From NCBI RefSeq assembly GCF_016432865.1, contig NC_067401.1:190464001-190528000 (forward strand): a stretch of 64,000 nucleotides of DNA. Direction: 5' to 3'. Numbering within the stretch: the first letter of the stretch is position 1; each line of letters opens with the position of its first letter. The position numbers were made by a program, and so were the translations under genes. Below are positions 21,770 through 34,270 of the stretch, one piece after another. The notes under the pieces are model-generated. The model searched no databases and was not told the origin of the DNA. It worked only from the letters and a program-made list of their open reading frames with translations. This DNA is from Antechinus flavipes (lineage: Eukaryota).

Positions 21770-22170
21770 TTGGAACTACAAGTCCCAGAATTCTCTACGA
21801 TGACAGTAGCTCGTCCGCTAACGGCGTGCCGGAAAGTCCAAAAGTTGAAGGAAAAAATCAAAATGATCTAGCCTAGGAGAAAGCCGGGGATGCTGGGCGT
21901 CCCACGCAACAAGAGTCTCTGCCAAGCGATTTCCATTAGGGTCTCACCTTTAGGAAGGATGTAGAGAACTGTTGACACCGCCAGTTTCCTTCCTCCCCCC
22001 CCACCCCCCCGCCAGGTTGCTCACCTAAGTGGCCTCCTGGTAACCAATCCAGGATGGGCAAATCTTTCCGTGGTTACATCATGGACATTTACGTCATTTC
22101 CTTCCCAACCGGGAGCAATTTAGACCAGCATTATCGATCACATTTCACCGGAAGCCCGGAGAGGGGGAGG
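21770..22170 (-). promoter_or_regulatory. FKBPL: FKBPL CpG promoter / non-coding exon 1 region
   Basis: ZNF143-type ACTACA-AGTCCCAGAAT (21775-21791), CCAAT (~22044), CRE-like TACGTCA (~22090), ETS CCGGAAG (~22147); candidate donors AAG|GTGAGA (21948) and TAG|GTGAGC (22025). Confidence 0.6.
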
Positions 22171-22353
22171 GGCCAACAATTCAATCTCTAGAGTTACAAG
22201 TTTTCAATATACAGCTGAATGAGGGAAGAAATGACTTATTTCTTGAGATCATGGGCTCTGGGTCTCTCCTGTTCTGTCCGGATCCTACCACCGGGGGCAG
22301 CCAGGGTTCTTACCGTTGCCGGTCTTCAGAGTACCGCTGGATATGGCCAGCCA

Positions 22354-22693
22354 TGTTTTTGAGAAGAGTCAGGAGCCAAAGGAGCGGGAAAGAGAAGGCA
22401 GCTTTATTGCCAATCTGTTACATGTTCAGGAACTCCACTGTCTGCCTCTCCTCCTGCCTCCTTTTTTAGCTCTCATGAGCCAAAAGAACTGTAGCCAAGT
22501 TAAAGCTGGGGAGGGGTCTCCTCAGATCTTTGTGCTCACTCCTGCGCATTCATCATAGGTCCAAGTATTCTCAGGCGTGACAGCAAACACTCTGAGGTCC
22601 TCAGCAACGGTCAACAATCGTAGTCTCAGTTTAATGGAAACCAGCCCCTGAGTACATACACAATGGAATCTAAGCACTACCCATCCTTACTCA
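22354..22693 (-). mobile_element. ERV LTR (340 bp) plus ~100 bp of leader
   Basis: On - strand: TGAGTAAGG...AATAAA...CTCAAAAACA, then TGG at the PBS position and donor AACG|GTAAGA at 22314. Confidence 0.7.
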
Positions 22694-24157
22694 GCGCTGC
22701 TATCCATCAACCGGATAAGTTGACCCTGCACTAACCCAGCTTGCTATTTTCCCATTTTCTGAGGCTAAACCTTCAACAAGGCCCCTACCACTGTTTCTGG
22801 TTCTGAACCGTCTACCTATGCACACAGCCCCATTGGAGTTCTGCCCAGTCAATGGGCCCTTCCTTAGCACAGTGCCTGGCCCATAAAAGGAACTGAATAA
22901 ATTCAAGTTAGATGATTAACTCCTAATGAGGGGGCGCGAAGGAGAAGCATGTATGTAAAAGCTTAATTCAAGGAGGAGGATGTATTTAAAGTCTTCACAC
23001 CTCTAGTCCCCAGTCCTACCCAGCACCTTTTCATCTAGCATTGGTGGGGTCATACCAATCCCATCATCGGGTTTAGAGACAAATGAGCTCCTAGAGATCA
23101 TCTAGTCATGGGCTTTTAGAATAGATTGTGCCTAGCACGATTACTTAATAAATGTTGATTTGATTGGTTAGGGACCTAGTCCAACTTTAAATATGAGAAA
23201 ACTGAGGCCCAGAGGGGAAAAAGGATTTGGCTGCATTGATAAAACAGTATTGCACAACCAGTATTTAATTATCATTTCTATACCAATAATTTTAAAATTT
23301 AGTTGTCCAGCTCTAATCTCCAGTCATTATAATATCTATTGAAAGAATATCTTATTACATGTCTCAGCTGGACTCATTATCTTTTCCCCAAACCCTCCTT
23401 TCCAACCTTTCCTTTTACTGTCTAGAGCACCAATACTCACTCACTCTACTCTTACATCCTTAATTTTAATTTTCAAAAAATATTTATTTACAACATATTT
23501 TGCTTTATGAATCATGTTGGGAGAGAAAAATCAGAACAAAGGGGGGAAAACCATGGGAGAGAAAAAAAAAAAAACACAACAGAAAAAAAGTAAACATAGC
23601 ATGTGTTGATTTATATTCAATCTCAATAGTTCTTTTTCTGCAATTGGCATGTTCTATCCAAAATCTATTGGGATTTCCTTGGATGATTAAATCATTGAGA
23701 AGAACCAAGTCTTTCATAGTTGATCATCGCACATTCTTACTGTTACTGGCTACAATATATTCCTGATGCTGCTTGTTTCTTTCAGCATCAGTTCATGTAA
23801 ATTTTTCTAGGCCTTTCTAAAATCAGCTTGTTCATAATTTTTTATAGAATAATAATATTCCATTACTTTCATATACCACAACTTGTTCAGCCATTCTCCA
23901 ATTGACGGGTATCTACTCATTTTCCAGTTCTTTGTCACCTAAAAAGGGCTGCCACAAACATTTTTGCACATGTGGGTCCTTTTCCCTCCTTTATGATTTC
24001 CTTGGGATACAGACCCAGTAGTGGCAATGCTGAGTCAAAGGGTATGCACAGTTTTACAGCTCTTTGGGCATAATTCCAGATTGCTCTCCAGAATGGTTGG
24101 ATTATTTCACAACTCCACCAACAATGCATCAGTGTCCCAATTTTCCCACATCCCCTC

Positions 24158-24679
24158 ATAATGCCAGAGAAACTGAGGCAAAACAGAGATTATGTTTTTG
24201 ATATTTTAATAATGGAGAATTTGGACTAGCGATCAAACAGGACTCATGTCCAACCCTTAACTGGCTAAATGGGACTGTTGGCTCAAAGAATCCAGCATCC
24301 AGCAAGTAATTCCAGAGACTTTTACAGGACTCCAGCTATCAGGAAAACAAAGGCAAGAGGAAGCAGAACATGGGGTAAGTCATAATTTCTGGAAAGAACC
24401 ATAATTTTTAAATTCTGATAGGTTGGGGGTCAAGAAGGTGGTTGAACAGGAGACAGGAGACTGAGGCAGGAGATAACTAGGCATGTGAGATAAGTCATCT
24501 GGAATTTTATAACTCTTTGGAATGTAAGAGTGACCAGATCTTTGAGGCCCCAATTCTCTCAGTCCCAATGAGGCATGAAAGGGGAATGGCCACAATATTT
24601 CTACTCAGGACATAATAATTCAGGGAAACTGAGGTATTACAATTCAGGGAAACGGAGACAGGGAAACTCAGGTATTATA
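24158..24679 (-). mobile_element. Solo LTR inside L1, TSD CCCTC
   Basis: L1 sequence acatcccctc|caacattt is split; CCCTC at 24153-24157 and 24680-24684; inverted termini ataatgcc/ggtattata; TATA and poly(A)-like signals on - strand. Confidence 0.8.
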
Positions 24680-26449
24680 CCCTCCAACATTTATCATTGT
24701 CTTTTCCTGTCATTTTAGTCATTCTGAGAGGTATGAGGTGGTACCTCAGAGTTGTTTTAATTTACATTTCTCTAATAGTGATTTAGAGCATTTTTTCATA
24801 TGACTATAGATGATTTTCATTTTGTTATCTGAAAATTGTCTATTAATATCCTTTGACCATTTATCAATTGGGGAATGACTTGTAGTCATACATTTGACAC
24901 AGTTCTTTATATTTATATTTATATATTTATTTATATAATTTATAAATTAGACCTTTATCAGAAATACTGGCTGTAAATCCTCCCCTCTACTCCCCCCCCC
25001 CCAGCTTTGTATTTCCCTTTTAATCTTTTTTCTGTTGGTTTTCTTTGTGTAAAACCTTTTTAATTTAATGTAATTAAAGTTGTCCATTTTATCTTTCATA
25101 ATGTTCTTTTGTTCTTTCGTCATAAATTCCTCCTTTCTCCAAGGATCTGATAGGTAAATTATCCCTTGTTTTCTTAATTTGTTTATGGTATTACTCAAAT
25201 CATGTACTCATTTTGACTTTATTTTGGCATAAGGTATAAGATCTAGGTCTATGTGGAGTTTCTGACATTATTTTCCAGTTTTCTCTGTCAAATAGTGAGT
25301 TCTTATCCTAAAAGCTGGAGATTGGGGATTTATCAAAATACCAGATTACTATAGGCAATGATTATTGTATCATGTGTATGTAACCTATTCCACTGATGCA
25401 TCACTCTATTTCTTAGCCAGTATTCAATGGTTTTGATGACTACTGCTTTATGATATAGTTTTAGGTTTGGTACTAAACTATGTTTGTTCTGTCTTTCTCT
25501 TCTGTGAGAGAATAGAGACCATCTAAGATACCATCCTTTTTTTTTTTTTTTTAAAATTAATTTCCTTGATATTAATTTTTTATTATTTTATTTTTATTAT
25601 TTTTATTTTTATATTTATTTTATTATTTTTTCTAGTTCTATAAAATAATGTTTTGGCAGTTTGATAATCATGGCCTGAACAAGTAGACCAATTTAGGCCA
25701 AATTGTCATTTTTATTATATTAGCTTGGCCTACCCATGAGCATTTTTCCCATGATATTTTCCCAATTATTTAGATCTGACTTTATTTGTGTGAGAAATGT
25801 TTTGTAATTATGTTCATATAGTTCCTGGGTTTATCTTCATATTTTTATTTTGTCTAGTTATTTTAAATAATTTCTCTTTCTAACTTTTATTGATAGGCTT
25901 TGTCAGCAATATATAGAAATGCTGATGGTTTCTGTGGGTTTATTTTATATTCTGCAGCTTTGCTAAACCTGTTAATTGTTTCCAGTAGATTTTTGAATGA
26001 TGTTCTAGAATTCTCTAAGTATATCATTGTATCATCTTTAAAGAGTAATAGTTTTATTTCCTCATTACCTATTCTAATTCCTTTAATTTCTTTTGTTAAA
26101 GCCAACATTTTAGTACAATGTTGAATAATAATGGTGATAATGGACATCCTTGTTTCACCCCTGATTTTATTGGGAATGTATCCAGTTTCTCTATATTATA
26201 AATGTGTGCTGGGGTTTTAGCGATACTGCTTATTATTTTAAAGAAAGCTCCCTTTATCCTTATACTCACTAATGTTTTTAATAGGAATAGGTGCAGTATT
26301 TTTGGCAAATGCTTTTTCCTGCATCTATTGAGATTATCATATGGTTTTGTTTTGTTATTGATGTGATCAATCATGGTAATAATTTTCCTGATATTGATAG
26401 TTAGTTTTTTTCTAAAACCAACTCAAAATTGTATTAATTATTTCAATAG

Positions 26450-26878
26450 TGTGTGGGAAAGGGGGTGTGAGACAACTAATCAGAGGCATCTTCAAGTACA
26501 AAGAGAAAGCATTTATTTAGTCCCTGCAGAGAGAGACCCAGAAACACACTTGGGAACCATCCCATCTCCCACCATGTGCTCTTACTACCTGACTGGCTTC
26601 TAGCTTGTAGGAGATTTAAAAAGCAAAAGACCCAAGCCTTTTCATTGGATAGACTAAAAGGATGTAACCATCTTTGACCAATGGTCACCAATGTTGTCTA
26701 CTTCCCACAAGTCATATCACTTCATGTAACTTCCTGTCACTTCCTGTAACTTAGGGTCTGTGACTTCCCAGTGTCCTTCTTGGACCCAGAGTTCAAGACC
26801 TCATTTTCCGCCTCTGGGAACAGGGATCATATGATTTAGTCTCAAACTGAGAAAACTTCATCCAATCCGTCCCATTCA
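26450..26878 (-). mobile_element. Solo LTR inside L1, 4-bp TSD ATAG
   Basis: TG...CA termini; ATAG at 26446-26449 and 26879-26882; AATAAA on - strand near 26515. A 4-bp TSD suggests class I ERV. Confidence 0.85.
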
Positions 26879-27340
26879 ATAGTTTTCTTAATTTCAATTT
26901 TATTAATCTCTTCTTTGAGTTTCAGAATTTCTAATTTGGTATTTAACTGGGGTTTCTTAATTTGTTCTTTTTCTAGCTTTTTTACTTGCATGTTCAATTC
27001 ACTGATCTCCTCTTTCTCTATTTTATTCCTATAAACTTATAGGAATAAATATAAATTATAAAATAGATATAAAATTTCCCTTAAAACTGCTTTGGCCATG
27101 TCCCATAAATATGTTGTCTCATTATCATCAGTCTCTTGAAGGAAATTAGGGATTGTTTCTGTGCTTTGTGGTTTGACCTATTCATTGTTTAGAATTCAAT
27201 TATTTAATTTCCAATTGGTTTTTAGTCTGTCTTTCCCTGGGCCTTTAATGAATATAATTTTTATTGCCTCATGATCTGAAAAAGGAAGCACTTACTATTT
27301 CTGCCTTTCTGCATTTGATTGTAAAATTTTTATGCCCTAT

Positions 27341-27935
27341 TGATGGGGGTGTGAAACTGTGTTCTCTTTAATCTGTAAAATTATCACTCTGAAATTGTGT
27401 CCCCTTTTAATCTGTAAAAGAAGATAGAGCAGGATCTCCCAGGCTCCAAAGAGTCTAGAAAGAAGACACATCCTCCCAGATTGAGGTAAGCAGTATCATT
27501 TAAGGGCAAATCAACTCCCATTGATCTTTTGGGGAGTTGTATACTCATTCGGGAAACTCTATTTTCATTCAAGTGGGAGATCATGGTCTGACAATCAGTT
27601 TGAACTGCCTCTAGATCTGCTCATAAAATAGGTTTCTGTTCATTCATTCTTTGCAGAATGTTCAAAATAGTATACTTTGTCCCTTTGGCATAGATATCTG
27701 GACTCCTGTCCACTGTGAAGACATTCTTTTCTCAGTGCCAGCCTCCATTTCCCTAAATAGGGATTTTGCCACTCAGAAGTCAGTCTTCCTAGCAAAGCTG
27801 ACTTCTCATCCAACAACAAACTTCCCTTTTTGCCACTTAAACTTTTTGTGTTTGTGAATTCTTTCACGAAGAACCTGCGCTGACCAGAAAGGGATTCCCA
27901 CACCTCAACTCTCTGCACTGCTACTAACCTCATCA
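27341..27935 (+). mobile_element. Solo LTR inside L1
   Basis: TGATG...CATCA inverted termini; splits L1 at gccct|aatacatg; 3' half resembles 31420-31595. Confidence 0.75.
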
Positions 27936-29741
27936 TTAATACATGTTCAGTTTTTTTGTAGGTGCCATTTATTGCTGAGAAAAAGGTGTATTCCTTTTTG
28001 TCTCTATTCTCTCACAGAAGAGAAAGGTAGAACAAAACATTGCAGTTCTCTGAGAAAAAGGTGTATTGCCTTTTTGTCTCTATTCAAAAAAACCCCATTA
28101 ATCTTCAGAGGTAAGAGGCTAGTATAGTCTGGTTTATTCCCTCACAGAAGGGAAAGGTAGAACAAAACATTGATAAGTTCTCCTCAGAAATGTTATTTTG
28201 AGTGACTGAAGTATCTGAAGAAGAATTCACTCTCATATTTTTCCATACTCAAAGGGAATGGTACTATCTGAGTATGGGGCAACCATCCTCAGGCAGAGAA
28301 CAGATGACATTTCATTCAGACTTCTTTCAGACTCTTTTTTTTTTTTTTTAAACCAATTCTACCTAGGCATTAGTGTCTGTCATTTACTTTAAGTCCTTGA
28401 CTTGATTCCAAATCTTTCTAAGAGATCTGCATGTATTCTATTTATTCCTTTTTTTTTTTCCAGCATTCAGATTCAATTTTAATAGCCATCCAAAAGTTGG
28501 GACTTTTAATAAAAGCTTTTATAAAATACTTGGGTCTTCAAAAATTTAATACATAACAAACAATAAAAAAAATCATACTTGTAAATAGAGGAGAATAAAA
28601 AGGTACAAATTTTCATGTTCAAATAATCTATGTACTTTCAGACTTGGAAATAAAGTTTTAGAGAGAATATTTTAAAACTCCATTAAAAATGCCATGTTTA
28701 CCTTTGTAATTGTCATAGCTAGACTTTAGGAAAATTTGAATTTTCATATAAATTCCTCTACTGTTAGCTAATTCTGAGGTTGAAATTTGCCCTCAAAATC
28801 AAGTAAATATTGTGATCTTGATTTTCCTGTGATGAGACCACTGTCTGTTTTCATCTCCATATGAGGAGAATATAACCTAAATAAGTCCTTTGGCCAATAA
28901 ATATTTGCAATGAATATGTCCCTTTACATGCATTGTCATGTGTTACCAGTCCTATTCAATTACTATTACTTAGGCAATGGAAAGTCTCCAGTACATGTAT
29001 TATTAGGGTCTTTGGATTAGGATGGGCTTCAGACATGTTGTCTGACTTTTGGACTCCATAAGAATTTTGTTGTAGTTGGAGTAGATGGTAAAAATACTTA
29101 ATTAGTTCTTAAGCAACAGTTTTGGGTCTTTTTTTTTTTTTATTCTTAAAACCATATTGTTCTTTTTTTTTTTAAATAACTTTTTATTGATAGAACGCAT
29201 GCCAGGGTATATTTATTCCTAATCTACTCTTTTGATCTGAATTTTCTAAATGTCCAGTCTTTGTAGCAAATCAAACGTTATTTCATAAAATTCCATTAAA
29301 TTCTTGTTATAAGAATATACTTCTCTACAGCTAGTTAAGCTCCTGTAATTCTATAATTTGACTGAACTTTTTGTGGGGTATCTTTCTCAATAATATTCTA
29401 AGTTCCAAATACTAATGCAGCAGGAGAATAACGTTAATACTACATAGCCACCCCACTTCATCGGATCAATAAATTCTTTACTGGGGACTCACTCAGATAT
29501 TGGGTGAGTTTGAGATCCATTCACTAACCATTTCCAGTTCATTCCCAAATCATTGAGGTCCAAAGTCCTTTAGGATATGGGGTAATGATCTCATCTTCTG
29601 AAACTATTTCCTTCTGAGAATAGGCATTGAGCTGGGTCATCCTACATCCTGGGTCTTTAGGTTTGAGCTGATTGAAAGTCCAGTCAGATCACTGAAGCTG
29701 CTCAATACAGCTGTCTAGTGCTGGTCATTTGAAAGTGAATT

Positions 29742-31028
29742 TCTCTCCCAAAATAGAAAATTTTGATCTATTAAGTTAAAAAGCTTTTGTACAAATAAAA
29801 CTAATGCAGACAGGATTAGAAGGGAAGCAATAAACTGGGAAAACATTTTTATAGTCAAAGATTCTGATAAAGGCCTCATCTCCAACATATATAGAAAATT
29901 GACTCTAATTTATAAGAAATCAAACCATTCTCCAATTGATAAATGGTCAAAGGATTTGAACAGACAATTTTCAAATGAAGAAATTGAAACTATTTCTAAT
30001 CATATGAAAAGATGTTGCAAATCATTATTGATCAGAGAAATGCAAATTAAGACAACTCTGAGATACCACTACACACCTGTCAGATTGGTTAAGATGACAG
30101 GAAAAGATAATGATGAATGTAAAAGGGGATGTGGGAAAACTGGGACACTGATGCATTGTTGGTGGAGCTATGAATGGATCCAACCATTCTGGAGAGCAAT
30201 TTGGAACTATACTCAAAAAGTTATCAAACTGTGTATACCCTTTGATCCAGCAATGTTATTAGTGGGCTTATATCCCAAAGAGATCTTAAAGAAGGGAAAG
30301 GGACCTGTATCTGAAAAAAATGTTTGTGACAGCTCTTTTCATAGTGCCTAGAAACTGGAAATTGAATGGATGCCCATCAATTGGAGAATGGCTGAATAAA
30401 TTGTGGTATATGAATGTTATGGAATATTATTGTTCTATAAGAAATGACCAGCAGGATAAATACAGAATGGCTTGGAGAGACTTACATGAACTGATGCTAA
30501 GTGAAATGAGCAGAATCAGGAGATCATTATATATTTCATTCAACAACAATACTACATAATGATTAATTCTGATGGAAGTGGCTATCTTCAATAATGAGAG
30601 AATCTAAATCAGTTCCAATTGATCTGTAATGAACAAAACCAGCCACACCCAGAGAAAGAACACTGGGAAATAAGTATGGACCACAACATAACATTTCCAC
30701 TCTTTCTGTTATTGTTTGCTTGCATTTTTGTTTTTTCTTCTCAGCTTATTTTTACCTTCTTTCTAAATCCGATCTTTCTTGTGCAACAAGATAACTATAT
30801 AAATATGTATATACATATTGTATTTAACATATACTTTAACATATTTAACATATATGGGACTACCTGCCATCTAGGTGAGGGGGTGGGGGAAAGGAGGGGA
30901 AAAATTGAAACAGAGGTTTTTGCAAGGGTCAATGTTGAAAAATTACCCATGCATATGTTTTATATATAAAAAATTATAAAAAAAAAAAAAGAAATAAATG
31001 GTTCATTCCTCAGTAATTACATGAAAAA
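29742..31028 (+). mobile_element. 5'-truncated L1 with 11-bp TSD GAAAGTGAATT and a 3'-transduced segment
   Basis: ORF2 C-terminus (HMKRCCKSLLIREMQIKTTLRYHYTPVR), 3'UTR, A-tail; TSD at 29731-29741 and 31029-31039. Confidence 0.9.
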
Positions 31029-31049
31029 GAAAGTGAATTGCTCAAAGCA

Positions 31050-31595
31050 GCAAGGAAAACAAGGGAATTAGAATGTGTGAGAGAACACCAAGAACAGAAC
31101 CCTGAGAAAAGCCTATAAATTCCCAGTTAAGTGGTCTCATTCAACTGGAGAGCTTGGTCAATTACCCTCCATTGAATTGCCACAAACAACTCTCAGTGGC
31201 TCAAACTCTCAGTTAAGGAATCTCATTCAATTTTAAATTGAATTGAAAATCAGTCTCTCAGGAGTTGGCCCCCCTGACTGAGGCCAAAGATCAAAGCAAA
31301 TCCCAATATATCTAGGGCTACATGCCCAGATATTTTTTGTAGACATCTTAACAAACCATGCCCACTGGTGAATATATTCTCTTCTCAGTGTTAACCTTTG
31401 CTATTTTCCTAACAGGACCTTTTGCCCACTAAAGAAGTCTGATTTCCTAGCAAGCTGGCTTCTCAGTAAATAAATCCCTTTTTGCCACACAGATTTCGGG
31501 TTTGTGAATTCTTTAGCATGGAACCTGTGCCTCAGATCAGAGGGAATTTCCCATTCCAATTCTCGCACCTCATCACAACTACCACTAACCTCATC
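31050..31595 (+). mobile_element. LTR related to 27341-27935 (5' boundary uncertain)
   Basis: Shared U5-like tail ...tttttgccac...gtttgtgaattcttt...ctaacctcatca; AATAAA near 31470. Confidence 0.65.
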
Positions 31596-33633
31596 ATTTG
31601 CACCTCATCAGTTAGGTCCCACAGACAGTTGTATCAATTATTGTTACATTACTTTGAAAACTTTTAATGATTTTATTTCATTCAGACATATACATCTAGC
31701 AACAAATAGATGACTAAGCCAAATTTTCATGTTTTCAAATTGAAAACAGCAAAATATTACATGCTTGAATTGTGCTTATGGTTTCTACTGACTACTTATT
31801 ATGATTAAAGAAATTTGTTACAAAAGGAAAAAGTAAGGCATTATTATAACAGTACTAAAATTGATCCTTCAGGGCTTCATCCCGAGGGTACAGTTGACAA
31901 CCAATCAAATAGTAATAATCCTACTTTATAGCCAACTCAGATATCAAATAATTAATCAGATAATCATTCCCAAATTCAAATTTCAAAACAATAACAGTTA
32001 TAATCCTAAGAGATTTCATCTCAATAGCAAGTTTCACTCATCAAGTTTTAGAACCTAAATTATCTATCCCATGTGCCTATAGAGCACGAGCAAAACTAGA
32101 TGAGATCTGTCCTGCTCTAGATATTTCAAGAAAGCTATAGATCATTTTGCTATCATATTCATTAAACAATGACAGTACAATATACTTAGTAAATATTAAT
32201 TTGCCAAATGGGTTTTGAAATAACCATTTTCAGAGAAATTGCAGTTAACCAGAAATCTAACAAATTTCTCTTATACTTGAATTGCTAAGCAGTAGAACCT
32301 TGATACAGCATCTTAGATATCTTTAGCATTACAGAAATGATTTTGCTCTTAAAACAACCACCACAGACTTGAAAAATAAAAACAAATATTTGGGTTATTA
32401 ACACCTTGAAAACATAGGCTGAATTTTTAAAGTGTGCCAACAGCCCCTTTCCCCAGTAGATAGCTTTGTGTGCTATCTTCCATATAATGGATTGAAAGTT
32501 AAAGAAATTTCATCTTACCAGCAGAGGGGAGTGCCCAGAGAAGAGCTGAGTATAAGTGGGATTCTTTCCACCTCCCCCAATAACCAGTAGGCTTAGGCCA
32601 AGCAAAGAAGCAGCCATGCCTAATGTAAGAAGGATAGACTACACCCTTATGTATAATTATGTCAATGGATATAAAATAAAACAATATAATTTTTAATCCT
32701 GAATTTCAGTTTATAATAAAAAATCCTTAATAATTATTTTTTAAATGATAACCAAATTATCATCTGTATTTTCTTTCTTATATGGGGATGTCATATTCAT
32801 ATTCATTTCTTGAGCTGATGACCTTGCTAGCAAGAATGGTTCTGTGAGTTTTTCTGCCATTTCCCCACCAATGTGGGAGGGTGGAAGAAGGGCTAACTGA
32901 TCCAAAAATAACATCTAAGTACAGTTTTTCACTGTCCCAGACATAGTAGTTGTATCAATTTTAGGTTTCAACTTTATGACAATAATGCCAAATATTTAAT
33001 TAACAGTCTCACAATTTTTATAACCTATCACAAAAATGGATAGTAATCTCATGCAATTTACAATCAAGTTTCTAATTTTAATACATACATCATTTGAAAA
33101 CTTATTTTAAAAATCAATGTGAGTTTCTAACTGATCTTCAATTCAAGCTCAATTACCGCTTAGTTGTTTCCAAATTCACAGAAGTCAGGAAACAGTCACA
33201 TTTTCACCTCAAGAATGCAGACCTTTTTACCTTGAGGTTGTCATCTCTTCACAAATCTGACTTTTGTTAATGCCAATATAAGCTTCTTATTTCCTTTTTA
33301 ATCTTATCAATCTTTTACAATCAACTTTTTTTGTCTCTTGTTTTTGTTAAATCACACTCCCCCATTTTTTAAACTTTCTATAAAATTTTATAAATTCTAC
33401 CTTTTAAGCATATTTCTTTGTTAAAGTGAGAAAGCAAGACAAAACTTAAGAACCATAACATAAGTAATATCTAAATAACTTTGGACCAAATTTCACAAAA
33501 TTTATACCTTATGTCCAGCAAAACCAACAAAATGTTAAAGCATAGCTCATATAATTTTTATAAATTGCCCAATATACAATTTAGAAAGCAATATCACACC
33601 TTAAATATATTTCATCTAATTAGGAGATTCTGT

Positions 33634-34270
33634 ATTATTATTCTGTAAGAAATGACCAGCAGGATGAATACAGAGAGGACTGGTGAGACTTACATGAACT
33701 GATGCTAAGTGAAATGAGCAGAACCAGGAGATCATTATATACCTCAACAACAATACTATTTGAGGATGTATTCTGATGGAAGTGGATCTCTTCGATAAAG
33801 AGAGCTAATTCAGTTTCTTTTTTTTTTTTTCTTTTTTTTTTTTTTCTAATTCAGTTTCAATTGATCAAAGATGGACAGAAGCAGCTACACCCAAAGAAAG
33901 AACACTGGAAAATGAATATAAACTGCTTGCATTTTTCTTTTTTTCCCCCAGTTATTTATACCTTCTGATTCCAATTTTTCCTGTGCAACAAAAGAATTGT
34001 TTGGTTCTGCACACATATATTGTATCTAGGATATACTGTAACCTATTTAACATGTATAGGACTGCTTGCCATCTGAGGGAGGGGGTGGAAGGAGGGAGGG
34101 GAAAAATTGGAACAGAAGTGAGTGCAAGGGATAATGTTGTAAAAAATTATCTTGGCATGAGTTCTGTCAATAAAAAGTTATTTAAAAATAAAAAAAATAA
34201 AATAAAATAAAATTAAAATTTTTTTTAAAAAAAGAGAAGGGCAGATGGGCAAAAATTAAAAAAAAAAATT
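33634..34270 (+). mobile_element. L1 3' end with 15-bp TSD ATTAGGAGATTCTGT
   Basis: TSD at 33619-33633 and 34271-34285; dasyurid-type L1 3'UTR with G-rich tract. Confidence 0.9.

Larger units (their letters stand above)
23465..28085 (-). mobile_element. Old fragmented L1 (3'UTR + ORF2 remnants) hosting three solo LTRs
   Basis: ORF2 remnants such as GCGKIGTLMHCWWSCE and GVKQGCPLSPLLFNIVL; internal deletions. Confidence 0.85.

Noticed and set aside
28243-28277. 9-bp perfect hairpin CCATACTCA/TGAGTATGG with 17-nt loop
   Set aside because: Too short for a pre-miRNA and plausible by chance in 64 kb.
27341-31595. LTRs at 27341 and ~31050-31595 as the two ends of one provirus
   Set aside because: They are visibly diverged, the first has L1 sequence on both sides, and no gag/pol lies between them.
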